A stretch of 64,000 nucleotides of DNA from NCBI GenBank assembly GCA_964354025.1, contig CAYGXQ010000001.1, forward strand, positions 5,963-69,962, given 5' to 3'. The stretch comes from an uncultured Gammaproteobacteria bacterium (GTDB taxonomy: Bacteria; Patescibacteriota; Microgenomatia; 2-02-FULL-39-11). This document shows positions 17,599 through 26,778 of this stretch, piece by piece. Position numbers and translations under genes: made by a program. Numbering within the stretch: the first letter of the stretch is position 1; every line of letters starts with the position of its first letter. The notes beneath the pieces are model-generated. The model made no database searches and had not been told where the DNA came from. It was given only the letters and a program-made list of their open reading frames with translations.

Positions 17599-18141
17599 AT
17601 GGGTAAGAAACCGAAAATACTTTTAAGTATATTAATCATTATAATTTTAATATGTGTTGGTTTGTTAATTTATTTAAATAAATTTCGGACAGAAGAGGCA
17701 CCATCAAAAGACGGTCTTTTTACCTATACCGGGATATTAGATCCCAAAAAATTGGATGACACTGCTGTGTCAGGATATAAAATAAAAATCAACATAGATC
17801 AATTGAGGAATAACGATACAATAGAGTTAAACTTACCCGGACCAATCACCTATACGGTTATTAAGGATCATACTGATCCTGAATTGCTGGTCGATACGTT
17901 TAGTGACCCGGCAGGAAAGACAAGAATTGTCAATGATTTCATTTGGTTTGGCAAGACTGTCCAGCCGGATGGCAAGGTAGGCTTGGGAGGCGATGTATTA
18001 TTTAATGTAAGTGAGGGGAAATATGTTACAGCGACTATCCATACTTTTTTAAGCGATAGATATATGTATGATATCAGACATTTAAACGATTCAGAACATA
18101 TGCTGCAAAAAATTGACCAGAGAAGATTTGGGGAGGATTAA
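17599..18141 (+). CDS. Membrane-anchored hypothetical protein, possibly metallopeptidase prodomain-like
   Basis: N-terminal TM; WFGK...VTATIH...YDIRHL...HMLQKID. Confidence 0.6.
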   Translation: MGKKPKILLSILIIIILICVGLLIYLNKFRTEEAPSKDGLFTYTGILDPKKLDDTAVSGYKIKINIDQLRNNDTIELNLPGPITYTVIKDHTDPELLVDTFSDPAGKTRIVNDFIWFGKTVQPDGKVGLGGDVLFNVSEGKYVTATIHTFLSDRYMYDIRHLNDSEHMLQKIDQRRFGED

Positions 18142-18200
18142 TTTTCCAATTACTAGCCTTTTGAATATAGATTCTGGTTATACCCCAAAACAGATAATAG

Positions 18201-18893
18201 TTATTTCCTTGATACAGTCTTTGCTTGGGAAAAATAAATCTTCAGTCTCAAAAGGAAATGCATCACACAGGCTGTTCCAAACACGATAGATAATTCCACA
18301 TGATTATAGAGCATATTGCCGCCTGAAAAATTATAAAACCAGGGATATTGTTTTGCCAAAATCATGATAATTCCAAAACCAAAGGAAGGGATCAGTCCCA
18401 ACAGTAAAATGCTGTCCCAAATGAGATTATGGATTTGTCTTCGTAAAACCTTCAGGGTAAACAGATATGCCACTATCGTTCCTAATAAAGGAAGATACAA
18501 ATTATAATTTCCGACAGGATTTGTTGTTTTCACATTTATCAGAGTATCGGTTGGCTTGATTTGTCCTCCGGTATCTAAAATGCCGATAAGATATTGATTC
18601 AATAAACTGTTGGCCCGGCTGCTATGGCTTTGGCCTCTGCCGTTTTTATCATTATAATCAGTGGTGGCGTCTTTGCCGCACCAGGACCGAATATCTAAAT
18701 TACTGTCATGGTCGGTCAGATAGTTGGTCAGATCATAGACGTTTTGATTAATAATCATCCAACAATCTTTTGGATTGTTATGTTGGGCAACCTGATTTGA
18801 AGTATAAGAAGTTTGGGCATACGTATTGGTAGAAAGTAAAAGAGTCATGATTAATGAAACCAAAAATGCAGTTAAAAGAGAGATTTTTTTCAT
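18201..18893 (-). CDS. Cytochrome b5-like heme/steroid-binding domain protein with C-terminal TM helices
   Basis: VAQHN..DCWMII..NVYDLT.YL..H, CGKDAT, HS; signal peptide. Confidence 0.88.
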   Translation of the reverse strand: MKKISLLTAFLVSLIMTLLLSTNTYAQTSYTSNQVAQHNNPKDCWMIINQNVYDLTNYLTDHDSNLDIRSWCGKDATTDYNDKNGRGQSHSSRANSLLNQYLIGILDTGGQIKPTDTLINVKTTNPVGNYNLYLPLLGTIVAYLFTLKVLRRQIHNLIWDSILLLGLIPSFGFGIIMILAKQYPWFYNFSGGNMLYNHVELSIVFGTACVMHFLLRLKIYFSQAKTVSRK

Positions 18894-19005
18894 ACAAACA
18901 TAATATACAATATTCCTTAAAAATTTGCTAAAGAATTATTACAGTTTAATTTACGGCAGGAATACAATAGAATATAGGAGTTATTAATTATTAATTTAAA
19001 CAAAT

Positions 19006-20301
19006 ATGAAAATAAAATCTGTGAAAGCCCTGGAAATTCTTGACAGTCGGGGGAATCCGACAGTGGAAACATTTATCACTTTGGCCAACGGTTGTGTCGG
19101 CTGGGCGGCGGTTCCCTCAGGAGCTTCAACCGGAAAGTACGAAGCGGTCGAACTGCGGGACGGCGACAAAAAACGATACCTGGGCGCCGGAGTTTTAAAA
19201 GCAGTAGCAAATGTTAATCAGAAAATTTCCAAAGCGGTCCGCGGACTTGACGCGGGTGACCAAAAAACACTTGATAGGACAATGATTGAACTGGACGGCA
19301 CGGAAAATAAAGCTCATCTGGGAGCCAATGCTATTTTGTCTGTTTCTCTAAGCGCGGCCCGGGCACAGGCAGTTTCGGAGAAAAAAGAACTCTATCAGTA
19401 TCTGACTAAATTCAATCCCCATTTTTCCGGAACATACCTCATGCCGATACCGGAAATGAACGTCATGAACGGCGGCAAACACGCCAACTGGGCCACTGAT
19501 ATCCAGGAATACATGTTGTTTCCCATCGGCGCAAAAACAATTGCCGAAGCCATCAGGATGAACGCGGAGGTCTATCAGCTTTTGAAAAAAATCATCAAAG
19601 CCAAAGGTTATGCCATTTCCGTTGGCGATGAGGGCGGCTTCGCGCCGAATGTCGGATCCAATGAAGAACCGTTTCAACTCCTTTCCGAAGCGATTAATAA
19701 ATCCGGATATCTGCTTGGAAAAGATATTTCTCTGGGAATCGATTCAGCTGCCTCCGAATTTTACAAAGACGGCAAGTATAAGCTGAACAAAGAGGGAAAA
19801 ACAGTCACCAGTGACGGGTTGGCTGATTTTTATGCCAAATTGGCCACCAAATACCCGATTGTCTCCATGGAGGATATCTTTGCCGAGGACGATTGGAATG
19901 CCTTCCAAAAATTTACCAGGTCACAGGGCCATAAAATCCAAATTGTCGGTGATGATCTGTATGTCACCAATAAAAAAAGGTTCCAAAGGGGAATTGCGGA
20001 AAAAACCACCAATTCCATTCTCATCAAGTTAAACCAGATCGGCACTTTGACCGAAACCGTCGAGACTGTTCTTTTGGCCAAAGAAAACGGAATGACCGCC
20101 ATTGTTTCCCACCGGAGCGGCGAGACGGAAGATCCTTTCATTGCCGATTTTGCGGTGGCCATGGGTTGCGGGCAGATAAAAACCGGGGCCCCGGCCCGGT
20201 CTGAACGGGTGGTCAAATACAACCGGCTGATCAAGATCGAAAATGATTTAGGTCCGAAAGCGGTTTATCCAACGGGAAACCTGAAAGCTTTTTTAAGCTG
20301 A
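19006..20301 (+). CDS. eno: Enolase
   Basis: DSRGNPTVE, VPSGASTG, GDEGGF, SHRSGETED, QIKTG. Confidence 0.99.
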   Translation: MKIKSVKALEILDSRGNPTVETFITLANGCVGWAAVPSGASTGKYEAVELRDGDKKRYLGAGVLKAVANVNQKISKAVRGLDAGDQKTLDRTMIELDGTENKAHLGANAILSVSLSAARAQAVSEKKELYQYLTKFNPHFSGTYLMPIPEMNVMNGGKHANWATDIQEYMLFPIGAKTIAEAIRMNAEVYQLLKKIIKAKGYAISVGDEGGFAPNVGSNEEPFQLLSEAINKSGYLLGKDISLGIDSAASEFYKDGKYKLNKEGKTVTSDGLADFYAKLATKYPIVSMEDIFAEDDWNAFQKFTRSQGHKIQIVGDDLYVTNKKRFQRGIAEKTTNSILIKLNQIGTLTETVETVLLAKENGMTAIVSHRSGETEDPFIADFAVAMGCGQIKTGAPARSERVVKYNRLIKIENDLGPKAVYPTGNLKAFLS

Positions 20302-21078
20302 AGAATTGGCGTAGGTTGTGACTTTGTCTATTCTTTCCTCACGGGTTAGGGGACTGGTAATTCCCGGTCCGCCGATACAGCCTCCGTCGCAAAAGAGGAT
20401 GTCCAACAGACGGACTTTTTTGTTTGTCTCAAAATTTTTGATGGCCTCCTGGCAATTATTCCAATTGGAAATAATCTGGACTTCTCCGTTGGTGAATTTA
20501 CTTGTCAGGCCACTGCTGTGGGACAATCCGCCGTCGATAGGGTAAAGCCTGGTCAGGCCGGGCTCGGAAATGTCGAATTTATCATCAGGATTTGAATCTT
20601 GCCGTATATTGAAATGTTTAAAAACCTGGTTTAGTTCATTATAAGTAACGACCAGGATTTCCAACTCGGGGAAATCCTCAGTGGCTTCCAGTTTCTTGAC
20701 GATGCACGGTCCGATAAAAACCGGCCGGTAGCCGGGATATTTCTCCCTGACGATTTTTGCGGTGGCCACCATCGGAGAATCGACGTTATAGGTCAGGTAT
20801 TTTTCATACTGGGGCATTTGTTTTCGGATCATCCTCACCACTGTCGGACAGGGACTGGTGATATAGCGGGTATTGGGATTCTCCTGCAGAAGTTTTAAAA
20901 GTTGCTCATTGGTTCTTTTGGCACCGGCGGCCACTTCAAGTGTATAGGTAAAACCGAGCTTTTTCAGCATGGTGATGATGGCTGGATAACCAAACATAAT
21001 CGGAAAAGAAGGGGCCACCATGGCGGCCAGTTTGGCCTTTTTCCCGATAAGTTCGATTAAAGTAGCGGTTTCATTCAT
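20293..21078 (-). CDS. Minimal [FeFe]-hydrogenase H-domain-only protein
   Basis: TSPCP, GPCIVKKLE, DILFCDGGCIGG H-cluster motifs; no ferredoxin domains. Confidence 0.85.
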   Translation of the reverse strand: MNETATLIELIGKKAKLAAMVAPSFPIMFGYPAIITMLKKLGFTYTLEVAAGAKRTNEQLLKLLQENPNTRYITSPCPTVVRMIRKQMPQYEKYLTYNVDSPMVATAKIVREKYPGYRPVFIGPCIVKKLEATEDFPELEILVVTYNELNQVFKHFNIRQDSNPDDKFDISEPGLTRLYPIDGGLSHSSGLTSKFTNGEVQIISNWNNCQEAIKNFETNKKVRLLDILFCDGGCIGGPGITSPLTREERIDKVTTYANSSA

Positions 21079-21602
21079 ATCTGCTTTTTGGCAATTTTAA
21101 ATAAAGCAAATGCGACGGTTCCGCCCATCAGGGAGGTAAACAGTTGGATCATTCCCATGGAGGTTAGGAAAATATTGGGGGCTACGTGACTACCGACCAG
21201 AATCAGGGAGGAGAAATAAAGGACGGAAGTTTTCAAAATTGAAGGAAAAATTATACTCAACGGAAAAGAGAAAACAGTTTTTATTTTTGCAAATGACCGG
21301 ATCAGGATTATGTTGCCCAGCCAGATAGACGGGAGAAACAAAATCAAAAAAGGAGTGAATTTTCCCAAGAGGATGCCGTTGGAAATGGCTCCAACACTCG
21401 GAAGAAGGGAAATAAATACGAGTTGTTTTCCCTTGACTTGTTTGGAGGAAGCGAGATACAAAAGGGCGTTGACCATGGTGCCGGTTAGCCATTGAGGACC
21501 GGTGAGAAGAAAAGGGATGGCAAAAGCGAAGGCCGGTAAAATAATTTCTAAGCTTAACAAACGGATATTGGTGATGGAAATGCTCACTGCTTTCTTTTCC
21601 AT
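21075..21602 (-). CDS. ECF transporter S-component-like membrane protein
   Basis: QWLTGTMVNALL, LLPS, IWLGN, QLFTSLMGG; about 6 TM; 4-bp overlap with the hydrogenase gene. Confidence 0.65.
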   Translation of the reverse strand: MEKKAVSISITNIRLLSLEIILPAFAFAIPFLLTGPQWLTGTMVNALLYLASSKQVKGKQLVFISLLPSVGAISNGILLGKFTPFLILFLPSIWLGNIILIRSFAKIKTVFSFPLSIIFPSILKTSVLYFSSLILVGSHVAPNIFLTSMGMIQLFTSLMGGTVAFALFKIAKKQI

Positions 21603-21637
21603 GGATTAATTATACAATAACTCGGAATTACCTTGTA

Positions 21638-21732
21638 GTCATTCCGACCGATTCCACGATAGTGGATGAGTGGAGGAATCTTCCCCAGTTGGAAGATCCC
21701 TCGGATCCGCCAGCTGGCGGACTCGGGATGAC
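21638..21732. repeat. REP/REPIN-like element, family A (GTCATTCCGA...TCGGGATGAC)
   Basis: Terminal inverted repeats; shares CCGACCGATTCCACGATAGTGGATGAGTGGAGG with 33707-33814. Confidence 0.85.
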
Positions 21733-22877
21733 ATAAGATACTTTAAAGTATTGCTTTGGGGTGATTCATTTACTCGAAAACAGCGGAGGTAGGGGATATA
21801 GAAAGTAAATAGCCGATTCCCAATTTTCCGGTAATTTATCTGGCACTTCAGATAATCCCCAAAAACTATCTCGTACGGTGTCGGTACGGGTATGGAAACG
21901 GTCGGAGTGGGAGTCAGCGTCGGCGTCTCTATCGATTGGGGTGTAGGAGTAGTGGTAGGAGTAATTGTTGGTGAAACCGTCGGAGTAACAGTCGGCGTTG
22001 GAGTTTGAGTAATAGTTGGGGTGATAGTAGCAGTTGGCGTTAGTGTTTGAGTTGCGGTTGGAGTAGCGGTCATTGTCGGAGTTGGAGTTTCCGTTGGAGT
22101 AACGGTTACAGTTGGCGTAATGGTTGGTGTTACAGTCGGCGTTTCTGTAGGAGTGGGAGTTTGGGTGACAGTCGGGGTAACCGTTGGCGTTGTAGTAGGA
22201 GTTTCTGTCGGTGTTTCTGTTGGCGTTATAGTCGGTGTTACTGTCCCTTCAGGCGGCTCTTGGGGACTGCTGGCATTTTGCGGATCGGATATTGCCCGAG
22301 TGACAAAATCATTTGCGTTATTATCAGAATCTTCCCCGTTTCCGGCAAATTCTTCAAGACCGCCAGGTTTTCGTTCGATACTGCCATTTGCAGTCGGATT
22401 GGTTGGAAAAGGCGCACTCTCAAAATTTTCAGCGGTACCAAATCCCACTTCATCAATAATTGAATCAGTTTGGTTCGTAAGAAATATCGTGTTATTAGGA
22501 GCGAGGATATATGAACCAGAGTTAGAATAAGTAATATCTGGAGTAACCGCTCCATCGTAAGTTGGTGAAGAATAAGTTATCAGGAAATAACTACGCGCAT
22601 TGATAGAAGTTTGTGAAGGAAGTGTGATAATGTCATAAAATGTTGTTCCGCTAGCTGACTTTTTTCTTATTTTCCATCCACTAATATCTTCCGTTTGGCT
22701 CATTGGATTATAAAGTTCGATAAATTCGTCATTAGCAGTCGCGCCAGCAATTTGTATTTCTGAAATGACGACATGGCCGGCGGCGGAAAGGACATTTTGA
22801 GGGAAGAATTTAATGAGAGTTAAAAAAACACCAAAAAGAAAACAAAAAGAAAGAGCGGGCAGGTATTCTTTTTTCAT
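21639..22877 (-). CDS. Secreted lamin-tail-domain protein with long Pro/Thr linker
   Basis: [24 protein letters not shown]; (TPT)n linker; C-terminus reads through the REP element. Confidence 0.85.
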   Translation of the reverse strand: MKKEYLPALSFCFLFGVFLTLIKFFPQNVLSAAGHVVISEIQIAGATANDEFIELYNPMSQTEDISGWKIRKKSASGTTFYDIITLPSQTSINARSYFLITYSSPTYDGAVTPDITYSNSGSYILAPNNTIFLTNQTDSIIDEVGFGTAENFESAPFPTNPTANGSIERKPGGLEEFAGNGEDSDNNANDFVTRAISDPQNASSPQEPPEGTVTPTITPTETPTETPTTTPTVTPTVTQTPTPTETPTVTPTITPTVTVTPTETPTPTMTATPTATQTLTPTATITPTITQTPTPTVTPTVSPTITPTTTPTPQSIETPTLTPTPTVSIPVPTPYEIVFGDYLKCQINYRKIGNRLFTFYIPYLRCFRVNESPQSNTLKYLMSSRVRQLADPRDLPTGEDSSTHPLSWNRSE

Positions 22878-22983
22878 AAATAAAATTTAAACGATGTTTC
22901 TAATATATGGTTTTGAGAAAGACAAAGTCAAGAGGGATCTGGAAAAGCCGGCGGAATTTAGCTATAATCGTCAGGCAGGTATA

Positions 22984-23727
22984 ATGGATAAACTATTTTA
23001 TATTATTATTTCCACTTTTTTCATAAGCCTTGGAGCTTTAGTCGGTGTTTTCACTTTTTCCCTCAAACAGGAAAAATTATCAAAAATACTTTTATTTATG
23101 GTTTCTCTATCAGCCGGAGCTTTGATGGGCGGAGCATTTCTTCACCTTTTGCCAGAAGCCACGGAGAAGTTGGAAGCAGAGACTGTTTTTATAATCGTAC
23201 TAATCTCTTTTATTCTCTTTTTCCTTGTCGAGAAACTATTTCACTGGAGGCATTGCCATAAAGGAAAATGTAATATTCACAGTTTCGGTTATATGAATCT
23301 TTTCGGAGACAGTATCCATAATTTTATTGACGGATTGATTATTGCGGCTACTTTTCTGACAGATGTAAAACTCGGTTTTATTACCACTTTAGCCGTTGCC
23401 TTGCATGAGATACCGCAGGAAATAGGAGATTTTGGCGTTTTGCTTTATGCGGGATTTGAAAAAGAAAAGGCATTGATAGCCAACTTTCTGGTGGCTTTGA
23501 CAGTAGTCTTGGGAGGGATTGTTGGTTATTTTCTTTCATTTAGATTACAAAATTTTGTCAGCTATCTTCTTCCGGTGGCTGCCGGAGGATTTATCTATAT
23601 TTCAGCCTCAGACTTAATGCCGGAAATAAGGAAAGAAGAAAGTCTAAAGAAATCTCTCCTTTCATTCGGAATGTTCCTGATTGGTGTTTTGCTCATGTAT
23701 TTAGTGAAACTGATGGGTTATAAGTAG
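22984..23727 (+). CDS. ZIP family metal transporter
   Basis: GDSIHNFIDG, HEIPQEIGDF, HWRHCH. Confidence 0.93.
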   Translation: MDKLFYIIISTFFISLGALVGVFTFSLKQEKLSKILLFMVSLSAGALMGGAFLHLLPEATEKLEAETVFIIVLISFILFFLVEKLFHWRHCHKGKCNIHSFGYMNLFGDSIHNFIDGLIIAATFLTDVKLGFITTLAVALHEIPQEIGDFGVLLYAGFEKEKALIANFLVALTVVLGGIVGYFLSFRLQNFVSYLLPVAAGGFIYISASDLMPEIRKEESLKKSLLSFGMFLIGVLLMYLVKLMGYK

Positions 23728-23757
23728 CCCCCAGTACCAGAGAGCCCCGCACAACCT

Positions 23758-24009
23758 TTAGTTATAAACATTAGACCGGTGGCCGGCGGTGATAATGTTG
23801 ATAACATTATCCTTTTTGTTTATTTTATAAATAATTCTAAATACTCCTATCCGATATGAATATTTTCCTAAAAGCTCTCTTCCGAGTGGTTTGCCCAAAT
23901 ATGGATCCTGTTTAAGAGTCTCGATGATTGAGGCCAATGCATTTTGGTGGATCTGTTTAATTTGTTTCAGTTGATTCTTTGCTTCCGGAGAAATGATTAT
24001 TCTATACAT
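23758..24009 (-). CDS. RelE/ParE family toxin
   Basis: GKPL, YRIGVFRIIY, GHRSNVY. Confidence 0.92.
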   Translation of the reverse strand: MYRIIISPEAKNQLKQIKQIHQNALASIIETLKQDPYLGKPLGRELLGKYSYRIGVFRIIYKINKKDNVINIITAGHRSNVYN

Positions 24010-24284
24010 TTAGCTTGAAGCTTGAGACTTTTTTTAACTTCTTCCCAATCCAATCCCTTTCCCTCAGCAAGCTCTTTTTCCCCCTTTTTTATTGCATGCA
24101 TAAGAGTTTTATCGGCTAGAATTTCATTGGTTTCTTTCCAGGATTCATATTCTGTCGCAGAGATCAGTACCGCCGCGGGAACACCGTTGACAGTAATGAT
24201 GTATTCATCCAGAAGCCGGTTAGCTTTTTCCACAAGCGTAGTCAGTTGTTCCCTGGCTTTGGTAATTGGAAGAGTTTTAGTCAT
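23997..24284 (-). CDS. Phd/YefM family antitoxin
   Basis: ITKAREQL, ITVNGVPAAVLIS..EYESWKET. Confidence 0.92.
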   Translation of the reverse strand: MTKTLPITKAREQLTTLVEKANRLLDEYIITVNGVPAAVLISATEYESWKETNEILADKTLMHAIKKGEKELAEGKGLDWEEVKKSLKLQAKCIE

Positions 24285-24369
24285 AATTTGATTATTAATT
24301 GATCTTACATAATTCTGTACAGATTGTCAACAGATGTAGGATATTGGTATAATCAGTCACTCTTTTTAT

Positions 24370-25320
24370 ATGAATTTAAACTCTATTTTTTTCAAAGAAC
24401 AAGTAATCAAATCTGTCAGGAAGTTTTTTGCTGATCAGAAATTTCATGAAGTGATCTCGCCGGTTCTGGGTAAATCGGTTCCCTACGAGCCGAATATTTA
24501 TCCCTTTTCTACAGTTTGGGAAAATGGCAAAAATAGAGAGATTTTTTATCTAGCTACTTCACCGGAAGGTTATATGAAAAAAGTTCTCGTCCAAGGCATC
24601 GGCAATTGTTTTACCATCGGATATTCTTTTAGAAATCAGGAAGATTTCAGCCCGATCCACCGGCCGGAGTTTCTGATGCTTGAATGGTATAGGGAAAATT
24701 CAAATTATAAAGAAATAATAGAAGACACAAAAGAGTTGATAAAATTTATTATTAATAAAATCGGTTACCGGGGAAAGAAGATAAAAACGGATAATAAATG
24801 GCCGGTTTTTTCGATGATCCAACTTTTTCAAAAATACAGCGGTTTAGATCTGGAAAAAATTATTGGCGATGAAGAGATGATCAAAGCGGCGGTGGCAAGA
24901 AACTATAATATTAAAGGCGCAAACTGGGAACAGCTTTTTAATCAAATATTTCTAAATGAAATCGAACCGCATTTAGGCAGCAACCCGTTTTTTATCATTG
25001 ATTATCCTGCGCGGATTTCTCCCCTTTGTGCCAAAAGACGGGATAAACCAAACTTTGCCGAGCGTTTCGAGTTTTACCTTGACCGGACGGAAGTGGGCAA
25101 CGGCAATACGGAAAATACAGATGTGGAAGATGTAAAAAAAACTTTTTTGGCAGAAAAAAAACAAAGAGAGAAATCCAGGATGTCGGTTTCAGCGGTTGAC
25201 GAAGAATTTTTGGAAGCTTTGGGGAAAATGAAAGAAAAAAATTACAGCGGAATGGGACTGGGAGTTGACCGGTTGATAATGATTTTGGGAGAGATCAAAG
25301 ACATAGGAGAAATCTACTGA
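24370..25320 (+). CDS. epmA: EpmA/GenX-like LysRS catalytic-domain paralog
   Basis: YLATSPE..MKK, FRN, HRPEFLMLEWY, AERFE, GLGVDRL; no anticodon-binding domain. Confidence 0.75.
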   Translation: MNLNSIFFKEQVIKSVRKFFADQKFHEVISPVLGKSVPYEPNIYPFSTVWENGKNREIFYLATSPEGYMKKVLVQGIGNCFTIGYSFRNQEDFSPIHRPEFLMLEWYRENSNYKEIIEDTKELIKFIINKIGYRGKKIKTDNKWPVFSMIQLFQKYSGLDLEKIIGDEEMIKAAVARNYNIKGANWEQLFNQIFLNEIEPHLGSNPFFIIDYPARISPLCAKRRDKPNFAERFEFYLDRTEVGNGNTENTDVEDVKKTFLAEKKQREKSRMSVSAVDEEFLEALGKMKEKNYSGMGLGVDRLIMILGEIKDIGEIY

Positions 25321-25361
25321 ATATTCTTGTTTTATAAATAATTATCTGGAATAATGAACAT

Positions 25362-26750
25362 ATGGCCGTACAACTTGACTACCTTGCTCCATCGGGCTGG
25401 CAGCCGGAGAATCCGGATGAAAATTACGTTTTGGCCCAGTATAAACTGGAACTGGCGGACGGGATTGATAAAAGCATGTTTGTCCAGGCGGCCGCCTCAA
25501 TCGCCGCCGAATCCTCCACCGGTACCTGGACCAAAGTGGATGCGGGACCGGATTCGGGTATAAAAGTCGCCGAGCAATATAAAGCGGTCGTTTATGACAT
25601 TGATGAGGCAAGCCGTCTTTTCAAAGTCGCATATAAAAAGGATCTCTTTGAAAGAGATAATCTCTCCGGTCTTTTGGCCGGGCCGGCCGGTAACATCGCC
25701 GGAATGAAAATGGTCAAGGCTATGCGGCTTTTTGATATCCGTTTCCCCAAAGTGATGGTTGAGGCTTTCCCTGGACCAAGATACGGCGTTTTGGGAGTGC
25801 GTGACCTTTTGAGCCAAAGCGATGAACAAAGACAAATGCCGATTTTAGGCACTGTCGCCAAACCGAAAGTCGGAAGAACTGCCGGTGAGCAGGCTATTTT
25901 GGCTAAAAGATTGTGGACGGCCGGCGGAGGACTTTACGATTTCATCAAAGATGACGAGAATCTGACCAGTTTGCCTTTTAATAAATTTGAAGACCGCGTC
26001 CGTTTAGTCCATCAAGTCCAAAAAGAGCTGGAAGGAAAAGGCGGCCCCAAAAAACTGTATCTGTGCAACATCACCCATTCCAATCTCGATGTGATGTTGG
26101 AAAGAGCCAACTTGATCAAAGAAAACAGCGGCAGATGTTTAATGATTGACGCAGTGGTTACCGGTTTTTCCGCAGTACATACCCTCAGGTTGAAAAATCC
26201 GGATTTGATCATCCATGCCCACCGGGCGATGCACGGTTTTTTGACGCGGGAAAGCGGTAAAGATTTTATGGGCAGCGGATCTTTGCAGGGATTCAGTATT
26301 TCCATGATTTTACTGGCAAAAATATACCGATTATTGGGAGTGGATTCCCTGCATTCCGGTTCCCCGAAGGCCAAAATGGAGGATTACGGTGAAAGCGGGG
26401 AAATCATGCGTTTACTGACAACGGAAATTACTCCGCCAAATTCCAATTATCATTCTTTAGGGCAAAACTGGTTTGGGAAGTATAAGGTTTGGCCGGTGGC
26501 CTCCGGCGGATTGCATCCGGGAGTGATGGATAAAGTGATGGAAGCCTTCAGCAAAGATTGTTATATCCAGCTCGGCGGCGGAGTTTTGGGGCACCCGCAA
26601 GGGATAGAACGCGGAGTGGAAGCGGCCATTGAGGCAAGAAAAACTGTAATGAAAGGAATGACAATCAATGATTATGTCCGGAAATACCCTGAGTCTGCCC
26701 TTTCTGCCGCCGTCAAACTTTGGGGTACCGAGCCGAAGATTGTTTACTGA
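25362..26750 (+). CDS. rbcL: RuBisCO large subunit, form III-like
   Basis: AESSTGTW, GNIAGMK, KPKVG, DFIKDDE, HAHRAMH, LHSG..AKME, VASGGLHP, GGGVLGHP. Confidence 0.88.
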   Translation: MAVQLDYLAPSGWQPENPDENYVLAQYKLELADGIDKSMFVQAAASIAAESSTGTWTKVDAGPDSGIKVAEQYKAVVYDIDEASRLFKVAYKKDLFERDNLSGLLAGPAGNIAGMKMVKAMRLFDIRFPKVMVEAFPGPRYGVLGVRDLLSQSDEQRQMPILGTVAKPKVGRTAGEQAILAKRLWTAGGGLYDFIKDDENLTSLPFNKFEDRVRLVHQVQKELEGKGGPKKLYLCNITHSNLDVMLERANLIKENSGRCLMIDAVVTGFSAVHTLRLKNPDLIIHAHRAMHGFLTRESGKDFMGSGSLQGFSISMILLAKIYRLLGVDSLHSGSPKAKMEDYGESGEIMRLLTTEITPPNSNYHSLGQNWFGKYKVWPVASGGLHPGVMDKVMEAFSKDCYIQLGGGVLGHPQGIERGVEAAIEARKTVMKGMTINDYVRKYPESALSAAVKLWGTEPKIVY

Positions 26751-26778
26751 TAGAAGAGGAGAGTATAATATAAAATCT

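Noticed and set aside
21880-22240. Repetitive tract as a possible CRISPR or DNA repeat array; antisense Val/Gly ORFs
   Set aside because: Codon-level repeat of a Pro/Thr linker; no repeat-spacer periodicity and no cas genes in the window
25362-26750. RuBisCO as evidence of autotrophy or as a form IV RLP
   Set aside because: No PRK, small subunit or CBB genes here; retained active-site residues argue against a typical RLP, though phylogeny is needed
26668-26778. Long N-terminal extensions in the ORF track (hexokinase, hmgA, HMGS, hisF, ZIP, comF, VirB6-like)
   Set aside because: They overlap upstream genes or repeats; downstream ATGs match family N-termini and coupling
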